NCBI RefSeq assembly: GCF_006345805.1 | Contig: NC_043012.1 | Span: 45,074,001 to 45,138,000 of the forward strand | DNA: 64,000 nt | Source of the DNA: Octopus sinensis | Taxonomy: Eukaryota | Reading direction: 5' to 3' | In this document: piece by piece, positions 55,095 to 64,000 of the stretch | How the letters are laid out: each line of letters starts with the position of its first letter | How positions within the stretch are numbered: the first letter of the stretch is position 1 | Notes under the pieces: generated by a model | What the model was told of the DNA's origin: nothing | Seen by the model: only the letters and a program-made list of their open reading frames with translations | Databases searched by the model: none | Made by a program: the position numbers and the translations under genes

Positions 55095-55100
<6 letters not shown>
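54845..55100 (-). pseudogene. 5'-truncated Penelope fragment: C-terminus of a GIY-YIG endonuclease
   Basis: Translates SSILYQHAEQEHGG...IKILSTHRTDATIRQITEATHII and, after a 1-bp shift, PSLNRKLEW, the typical R-I-EA-I-P-LN end of Penelope ORFs. It begins at a (TA)n tract. Confidence 0.7.
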
Positions 55101-55126
<26 letters not shown>

Positions 55127-55271
55127 CAACTTATAAATGAGGGCAAACGAAAAATAATTTTGTAATGCTATATGCCGAAAATTAGACATATTGTCCATAA
55201 CCATTATAATTTTTCAAAGAACGCACGCTACTCCCAAAAAGGCCGACATACATTTCTAAAAAATTCCATTA

Positions 55272-55335
55272 TTACCATATCGGACCGATTTCAGGGTTAG
55301 CTCTTAAGAGCCCCCCCCCCCTTCGTCAGTGATAA
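55272..55335 (-). ncRNA. Canonical type I hammerhead ribozyme
   Basis: Reads TTATCA-CTGACGA-AGGG[...GCTC TTAA GAGC TAA]CCCT-GAAA-TCGG T CCGAT-A-TGGTAA. All core nucleotides are present, stem I has 6 bp and stems II and III pair. The predicted cleavage is after AUA, between 55278 and 55277. Confidence 0.85.
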
Positions 55336-55727
55336 ATGTGCCAAAGAAATAGCGTGCGTTCTGTGAAAAATTATAATGGTTATGGACAATATGTCTAATT
55401 TTCGGCATATGGCATTAGAAAACTTTTTTCGTTTGCCCTCATTTATAAGTTGTTTATAAATTTAACCTTTAAAGGTATTTTTTAATATGCTGGCCATTGA
55501 TAAAATTATTTTTCGAAAAAATTTTATCCTACATTAAATATAAATTTAATAGTGTTCACTTCCGGACTCCCTCACTCTGTGAGAGCCTCAGTTCAAATCG
55601 CACGTGTCTCTAATGGGCTGGGGAATTTCTATTTTGGATGTATTTGGCGTACTTAGTTGTGCTCATGACTTAGTTTTTGCTTCTTCCATGGGTATGAGTA
55701 AGTATCTCATTTATTTCTATGCCACAT

Positions 55728-55787
55728 TTATCACTGACGAAGGGAGGGCTCTTACGAGCTAACCCTGAGATCGGTCCGATATGGTAA
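55728..55787 (+). ncRNA. Second copy of the same hammerhead with GAAA changed to GAGA (probably inactive)
   Basis: Reads TTATCA-CTGACGA-AGGG AGG GCTC TTAC GAGC TAA CCCT-GAGA-TCGGTCCGAT-A-TGGTAA. Confidence 0.7.
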
Positions 55788-56013
55788 TAATGGAATTTTT
55801 TAGAAATGTCTGTCGACCTTTTTTGGAGTAGCGTGCGTTCTATAAAAAATTATAATGGTTATGGACAATGTGTCTAATTTTTGACATATGGCATTATACA
55901 ATTTTTTTCGTTTGCCCTCATTTATAAGTTGTTTATAAATTTAACCTTTAAAGGTATTTTTTAATATGCTGGCCATTGATAAAATTCTTTTTCGAAAATA
56001 TTTTATCCTACAT

Positions 56014-56049
<36 letters not shown>

Positions 56050-57364
56050 CATTATATATATACATATACATACATACGTACGCACACACATAGGCGCACA
56101 CACTCACATCGATAGAAGTGTGTATTAAGTGTTTCCAAAGTTTGCTTATTAGCTTTCTTTTGCTTGATATGAAATATTTTTGTAGCACTACTGTCGTTAT
56201 TTCTTAGCAGTACCTTACTTAAGCTGCATCCCACCTTGCGTGCACACTAGGTATATTCTATATATATATAAACATTAAAATGGTGGTGTCAGCACCTTAT
56301 AAGCTGTTTTCTATTTCTTTTTCCTTTCATTTCAGTTTGTATGCTGTTTTTTGTGTATCAAGCATATTTATACATCCTGTCTTAATTTTTGTACCGTGTT
56401 CAGTTTTAAATATTACCCGGATACTTCTACACTAATCTTTTCTAATTTTCTCATTCATTTGTGCCTGTTGTATTTTATCGATTTTGTCTGCTTCTAAGTA
56501 TTTGCTTCAATGGGTCTGGTTTCATTCTGACATTTTAGAGTCTATCTTTAATTATACCGTTTCGGTTCTAGTTATTTGCCTCTGTTTGTACTAGTTTGGT
56601 CTTTTGTGTAATCTTACACTTATACTAATGTCAACTAAAGTTATGCGGAACTTGTTTCAGATTTTCCAGCATGGTAATATACCTCCTTCTGAATATCTTC
56701 AAGTCTCCATTTAGAGAAGAGGGTTTATAATGTGTCCACAGCCTCCGTACAACATCGATATTTACTTCATTTGGCTTGTTGATGGAATGCTTAGTTGCGA
56801 AGCAAAAAGATAGGTAGGATAATAATTTCCTTGTGGAAAATTCCTCTTTTCTTATAGGTGAATGGTGCTGGTCTTAATTGTCTCAGAGAATCGTTAAAGA
56901 TTACTGCCAAATAACTTGACGTATTTCATGCGGTACTTTACGTTATGCATTCAAATCCTATCGAGGTCAACGATGTCTTTCATTATTACGGGGTTACTTA
57001 AATAATCCACTGAGGGCAATGCCTTTGAATAATCCTCTCTATTCGAAACTTTTGGTCTTTTGCCTAGATTACAGACCATTATTATTATTATAATCATCAT
57101 CATCATCATCATCTTCATTATTCTTTACTTTAATCTGCATGTTTGATACAATCACTTGTCGAGACACCCAGCGTCCTAGGGCAAGTGAAGGTAAAAAAAT
57201 GTTGAAATATAACTGAAAGCTTTGCGAGGGTATGTGGTAAGGCTAGTAGAGAAATACCTCCATATGATACAACACAAACATTTAAACTGATAGGGTTTTC
57301 CTAAGGATGTGGGCAGTACTTGGCAGTACAATCTTTTCGATTTCCTTAAGACGAGATTCTCCAG

Positions 57365-57530
57365 GAGTTCAAATTCTGCCGAGGTCGACTTTGCCTTTCA
57401 TCCTTTCGGGGTCGATTAAAAAAGTACCAGTTAATCACTGGGGTCGATGTAATCGACTTAATCCCCTTGTCTGTCCTTCTTTGTCCCATCTGTGTGTAGC
57501 TCCTTGTGGGCAATAAAGATATAAATCATT
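57365..57530 (+). mobile_element. SINE family A, 5'-truncated, tail running into (ATT)n
   Basis: gagttcaaattctgccgaggtcgactttgcctttcatcctttcggggtcgat...ccttgtgggcaataaag. Confidence 0.8.
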
Positions 57531-57548
57531 ATTATTATATTATTATTA

Positions 57549-57618
<70 letters not shown>

Positions 57619-57630
57619 TTATTATTATTA

Positions 57631-58400
57631 CAAGAAAACTCTCAGCTTGGTGGAAAGTGTCAACTCTCCTCTGCCAGCAGACTAAGGTGACATTTGTTTA
57701 TTGGTGATGCTTCAAGTACCCGGCGAAGAATATTATTGTTGTTGTTCAACACTTGGTAGTTTCAGACGAATTCCTACTCTATCACCTGCTACAACTCTGT
57801 GTTGCTGGGGTTTGTGTAGCAATGTGTGTTCTTTTTTTTGTTGTTGGAAGTGTGAAAACTTTTCCCGGTATTGTATTGAGTCAGTTTCTTCTTGTTTTTG
57901 TTCTGAGGCGTGATGCAGTCTTTTGCCGTATTAGTGTTTGTATTGTGTTGCGCATGTAATGCGTTGGGCATCCGGCTTTCTTTTGGCAACTTATTTCATT
58001 GGATATTTCCTGTATTGATTGTCTCTTGTGTTTGTGGATTGTTTTGTTTGGGACGTATTATTGAATTGATAATGTCTTGCGTAAGATATGGGCTGTTCCT
58101 AGCAGGGCGATTTTTTGGATAGTGTTAAAGGTCCAGGTATAGCTTCTGCGTCTTTGTTCACATGTTTTTTATTATGCACAATGCTCCAATTATTCCTGAT
58201 ATTGTTTTCACCTGCACGCCCCACGTCTTGAATACTTCAATTTCGAGGTCGTTGTTTCTCCACTTCATTTGGGTGAGACGCGACAGCAATGTGTTTTTTT
58301 TCCAATCCTTGATTACTATGTCTGGGAGTTTATGAAGCTTTTATTTCTTTGTCGGTTTGAGCAGGCGATGATGGTGGCTTGCTCGTTGTTTTGTACCTTG
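57631..58400 (-). mobile_element. Decayed 3' fragment of an R4/Dong element (second family), 3' end abutting (TAA)n
   Basis: Broken frames give LPDIVIKDW and IQKIALLGTAHILRKTLSIQ*. Its 3' region resembles 27860-28140. Confidence 0.8.
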
Positions 58401-58479
58401 TTTGACACATAGTCTTCTTCTTCTTCTTCTTCTTCTTCTTCTTCTTCTCCTTCTTCTTCTTCTTCTTTTTATTATTATT

Positions 58480-58556
<77 letters not shown>

Positions 58557-58571
58557 TTATTATTATTATTA

Positions 58572-58615
<44 letters not shown>

Positions 58616-58652
58616 TTATTATTATTATTATTATTATATTATTATTATTATT

Positions 58653-58718
58653 AAGGTATTTTTTAATATGCTGGCCATTGATAAAATTCTTTTTCGAAAA
58701 GATTTTATCCTACATTAA

Positions 58719-58787
<69 letters not shown>

Positions 58788-59015
58788 CATTATATATATA
58801 CATATACATACATACGTACGCACACACATAGGCGCACACACTCACATCGATAGAAGTGTGTATTAAGTGTTTCCAAAGTTTGCTTATTAGCTTTCTTTTG
58901 CTTGATATGAAATATTTTTGTAGCACTACTGTCGTTATTTCTTAGCAGTACCTTACTTAAGCTGCATCCCACCTTGCGTGCACACTAGGTATATTCTATA
59001 TATATATAAACATTA
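58653..59015 (+). repeat. Dispersed direct copy of 55951-56277 embedded in an (ATT)n tract
   Basis: The sequence is identical from aaggtattttttaatatgctggcc to tatataaacatta, apart from TA-tract length and a single substitution. Confidence 0.9.
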
Positions 59016-59025
59016 TTATCATTAT

Positions 59026-59607
<582 letters not shown>

Positions 59608-59620
59608 ATTATCATCATCA

Positions 59621-59656
<36 letters not shown>

Positions 59657-59657
<1 letters not shown>

Positions 59658-62600
59658 TTTTTTTTTCTTCTTTCAAATTTGCTTCCATTTCTTGTCGAGT
59701 GTCTTCCCGACTCCTAGGGCAAAGAAACTCATAGTATACATTGGTAGGCCATTAAACCAAACTCAATAGTTCGTTGATTTTAAAAAAAATTTTTTTTTTA
59801 AAGTTAAATTAAAATACATGAGCAGCAACAGTTCTCACATCGACAATGCTCTTCTCAATACGTGTGATGTACCAGTTAAGACTATCTCTTGCACTTCTTG
59901 CAGGGATGGTAAGCCAGGGATCATTCTCATATAATTTTCGGTTCCCTTCTTGATCATTCCTAGTGCTCCTACGATCACTGGTATTGTAACCGCCTTGAGA
60001 TGCCACATTTTCTCAATTTCAATGAGTAGGTCTTTATATTTTCTGAGCTTGTCAAACTCTTTCGCTGAGATATTATGATCACAGGGGATGCTCATGTCGA
60101 TCAATAAGCAAACTTTATTGTTTTGGTCTTTCACAACAATATCTGGTTTATTGGCCTTGATGGTTCGGTCTGTATGTACTGGAAAGTCCCACAGAATCGT
60201 TACATTTTCTCCTTCAGTTACAGCCTCATGGTGGTGATTATACCACTTGTCGGCAGTTTTGATATTGTAATGCCGACTTATTAGCCAGTGGAGATATTGG
60301 CCAACTCTGTCATGTCTTATTTTATACTCCACTGGTGCTAAGACTTTACATCCAGAGATTAGGTGGTCCACTGTTTCAATCATGTCGTTGCAGAATCGGC
60401 ATTTTGAGTCTGCTCCATTTTTCATCACATTGGCCTGGTAGTTCCGGGTTAATAGGCTTTGATCTTGAGCAGCCAGGATGAAACCTTCGCTCTCTGCTTT
60501 TAGCCCTGAGCTCCGTAGCCACTGATGGGTTTGCTTCTGGTCAACATCAGCTTGTTTGCTGCGGGTCACATATTTACCGTGCAGAGGTTTCTCCTCCCAC
60601 CTATCAGCCAATTGCTCGTGCGCTTTATTCGTTGCCATCATTTTCACATTCTTTGCAACAATAGTTGCCGTACTTCCCTCGGGTTGTTCAGTTTGGGTAT
60701 CCTGCACGAGATCAATAGCAATTTTTTGCTTTCCTTTATGATAGAATGAAGCTTCTTTCGTCTCTCGTGATTTTCCACGAGCTTTAGCATCCAGTCATTC
60801 GATATTTCGAGATATTTGGCCAGTCCAATTGTGGTTGTTTTGTAAGCTAGTTCAAACTGGATCAGGCCTCGACCTCCTTGGGCTCTGGGAAGGTAAAGGC
60901 GATCTACGTCTGCCTTTGGGTGGTGCATCCTATTACAACTCAGCAGCTTGCGTACTTTCCTATCTATATTCTTTACTTCAATCATATTCCAGTTCAACAC
61001 ATTGTAGCTATAAGTAACAACTGGAACTGCTAAGGAATTTATAGCTAACACCTTGTTACGTGCATTTAGTTCAGATTTCAGGACTGCACGAACTCTCCTA
61101 TAACATTCCTTCCTGATCTTCTCTTTCATGCTTGCATGCTGAATACCAGAGCCTTCATTTATCCCTAAATATTTGTATGTTTGTTCTTGCTCAAGCTCTC
61201 TTATGACTGTGTCAACATCTAACACGACTGAATTTGTGGTCTTCACTTTCCCTTTCTGGAAAGTGGCCTTGGCACACTTCTCAAGTCCAAACTCCATCCC
61301 GATGTCATCGCTGAATGCTTTCACAGTGCGCAATAGGCCTTCAAGTTCATTATTGTCTTTACCATAAAGTTTTAAGTCATCCATATAAAATAGATGGCTT
61401 ATTTTTTTATTGGCAATTTTATACCCATACCCTGTTCTGTTTAATTCACTTGTAAGGGGTATTAGGGCTATACAGAATATTAAAGGTGAAAGTGAGTCAC
61501 CTTGAAAAATTCCACAGTTGATGTTTATATTTTCTGAGGCAAGTACTCCATTAGAGTGGTATAATTGGAGATTCGTATTCCACAACGACATATTGTGCTT
61601 CAGGAAGTTTGAAATCACAGGGGAAATTTTGAAGATGTCCAGCGATCTCAAGATCCATGGATGCGGTATACTGTCGAAGGCCTTTTTATAGTCAATAAAT
61701 GCGGTGCTGAGATTTCTGCGCTTGTGACAGTTCTCAAGGATCATACGATTGATTAGCAGTTGATCTTTGCATCCGTAAGAGCCTCGGCGGCACCCTTTTT
61801 GTTCAATGGGGAAAATATCGTTCTTCTCCATGAATGCATATGTTTTCTCCGCCAGGATAGATGTTAGGATTTTATACGTGGTGGATAGACAGGTTATAGG
61901 CCGATAGTTTTTTGGAAGGTTGGTTTCGTTATTCTTTGGGAGTAGGTAAGTAATGCCACTTGCTAACCATTCAGGTGTTTTCTTTGGGTCTCTCATAATT
62001 CCATTGGGCAGCTGAACTAGCTTACCGTGTGCGCATGGGTGCGATGCGAGCCAGAAATTCGGCACCCTATCTTTACCGGGGGATTTCCAATTATGGGCCT
62101 TCGTGAGTGCCTTTCTTAGGTCTGCTATTGTGATGTCTTCCCATGCTTGTTGTTGTAAATTTTGGTAGGATCCTTCAGTTTGTATAATCCAGTCTGCATT
62201 TATGTTGTACGTCTTCTTGTCACTCCAAATCCTTTTCCAAAAGTTTTGAACTTCTTCCATGGGAGGGGGTCTTTAACTGTTACTTTCTCCTTCCCTATTT
62301 CTCTGTAGAATGTTTTGGCATTGGATGTGAACAGCTTATTTTGCTTGTAAAACTTGTTTCTCTTCTCAAATCTTCGTATTCTTTGGGCTTTTGCTTGGAC
62401 TTTTTGTTTCAGCGTTTCTTTTATTGATATCAGTTCTTCTCTTGGTGAGGATCCAAATTTTCTCTTCATCTTTCTTCCTGTTCTGGATCTTACATCATTT
62501 CCACATATTAGTTCATTTAATATTGATATTTCCCCTCTCATAAATTCAATCTCTTTTTCAATTTTACTTCTCCAGGTTTGATTTCTTCCCAGGTTTTGTT

Positions 62601-63540
62601 TTCTTTGTTTTTTCGGGGGCATACAGCTGGTTTCGATTGCCCTAGCAGAAGCGTAAATAATTTCATTTAACTCAGTAAAATCAGGTTTTAATTCTCGTAT
62701 TATTTCATTTGTTACATAGTTGCCAATTTGGATTTGTTTTTTATTTTGGTTTGTATTTGAGAGTTTATGAAGTGGTTCTCTATCATTCATACTTGTATGC
62801 CTTACAACTTCAAGCGTATTCAGGATTTTCTGCCTCATTTCTGCCATAGACTCTCTGTGTTCTTCAGCAAATGCGAGATCTTCAGTTACTGTTGTTTTTT
62901 CGTTTTCCTGGCTATCTTTAACAGGTACAATAGAATTTCTTGTATCTTCAGGCCTTTGCGTACTTTGGTCAGATGGCAGTCTTTCAATTAAGCCTCGTGG
63001 CGGGCTATACTGTTCATCTGATTCTTCATTTCCTTTGTGTCTTATATTTATGTCATTTTCCGTTGCGTGCTTGATCGCGCTTATTTCACTGTCTGTGAGT
63101 CTGTTATTTCTAAGGATATCCCTCCTCACATTTGCTAATTTGTTCTCGTCCAAATAGGGCCTACTGTCTTGATTCCGTGTTCTCCATATACTGTAAGAGT
63201 TTGCGGTGTGTCTCTCTTGAGATGGCCTACCTAATGCATAGTAATAAGCGTATATTACTTCTTTATACTCTTCTCGGGTCCATTTGTTCCGCTTACATTT
63301 TTCTTTCTGTGGTGGTTGTGGTGGTGAACTTGGAGGGCTCGAGTTGGGAGATTTCCCGTTCAAGTGACCATCCATGTCCGTATTCGGAGAAGAGTTTGTG
63401 CCAGTTGATGACTTTTCGATCCCAGGCTGGCTCTTCCCTGGGGGACGCGCTTCCAGATTAACCATAGGACAAGCGATTTGGTATACTGATTTAGTTTTCC
63501 TTTTAGTTTCCAAAAACATTTTGGTGCTACGATAATGTTA
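59657..63540 (-). mobile_element. Near full-length R4/Dong-clade non-LTR retrotransposon inserted in a (TAA)n microsatellite
   Basis: A single long coding region plus a ~180-bp 3' UTR ends gaagaaaaaaaaag followed directly by (TAA)n. The 5' boundary is approximate. Confidence 0.92.
59835..63519 (-). CDS. R4/Dong polyprotein (N-terminal domain, reverse transcriptase, CCHC knuckle, restriction-like endonuclease), ~1228 aa if two 1-bp homopolymer frameshifts are corrected
   Basis: Motifs: KWTREEYKEVIYAYY (R4-type N-terminus), WKSPGKD, NYRPITCL, DYKKAFDSIPH, GIFQGDSLSP, YMDDLKLY, CRFC...ETVDHLISGC, RHDRV and KPDIVV...LIDMSIP...KLRKY. The frameshifts are at the C5 run near 62265 and the A6 run near 60725. 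Confidence 0.9.
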
Positions 63541-63677
63541 TCATTTTTTAGCTTTGATTGGCTCGTGGGGAGACGGCTATCATTGCCGTTACAATTATAA
63601 TCGTACCATTATAGCAGCCGTAGTCGGCTTATTATTGTTATTATCATCACCATCATTATCACTATCACCATCATCAC

Positions 63678-63716
<39 letters not shown>

Positions 63717-64000
63717 TATCACCATCACCATCACCACCATCATCATCAATGATATTGTTTTATGTGTAGTCACAGCAGTATCTTATTATTGTTATTTTTG
63801 TTTTTTTTATCATTATCACCATCACAGTAGTGTCTGTCTGTCTCGTTGGCTGGCTTGGTGGTTGGCTGGCTGACTGTCTTCAACGCCAGAGTTCTTGCCT
63901 GTCAAATAATACTTTCATATTTGGTTAACAATAGAGCCGAGGTGAGGTTTGTGTTGGTTGAATTCTTTGAGTGTGTGTGTGTGTGTAGATAGATAGATAG

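Larger units (their letters stand above)
55130..56020. mobile_element. ORF-less hammerhead-containing repeat with Penelope pseudo-LTR-like inverted plus tandem architecture
   Basis: An inverted 3' segment 55130-55352 (-), a direct 3' segment ~55350-55545 (+) and a full ~475-bp unit ~55545-56020 (+), with (TA)n on both sides. Confidence 0.75.

Noticed and set aside
63540-63650. HDV-like ribozyme at the Dong 5' end (CGT-CTCCCC-ACG-AGCC...GCTAA on the minus strand)
   Set aside because: P1.1, P2 and P4 could not be formed, the region is low-complexity and the 5' boundary is uncertain.

Overview
This is AT-rich, microsatellite-saturated animal genomic DNA with one 100-N scaffold gap (34888-34987). 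It is most likely Octopus or another cephalopod, inferred from the SINE repertoire as I remember it and not from a search. No host protein-coding gene can be named; there is one weak candidate exon at 4900-4992 (-). The window is mostly transposable elements. (i) A near-intact R4/Dong-clade non-LTR retrotransposon (RT plus restriction-like endonuclease, 59657-~63540, -) is inserted in a (TAA)n tract, and two decayed Dong fragments of a second family are also present. (ii) A Penelope-like element (RT plus GIY-YIG) forms a ~4 kb fold-back palindrome (18451-22478). (iii) There are several decayed Tc1/mariner elements and MITEs, Helentron-type (HINE/DINE-1-like) non-autonomous elements, three tRNA-derived SINE families and an old LINE. 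The most notable signal is a set of hammerhead ribozyme (HHR) motifs in Penelope-type tails. One is fully canonical (55272-55335, -) and sits in an ORF-less tandem/inverted, retrozyme-like repeat; the others are variants, including an apparent U3-A8 compensated core. Several 1-1.6 kb tandem duplications have breakpoints in (TA)n tracts and may be assembly artefacts. All alignments, translations and RNA folds were done by eye.
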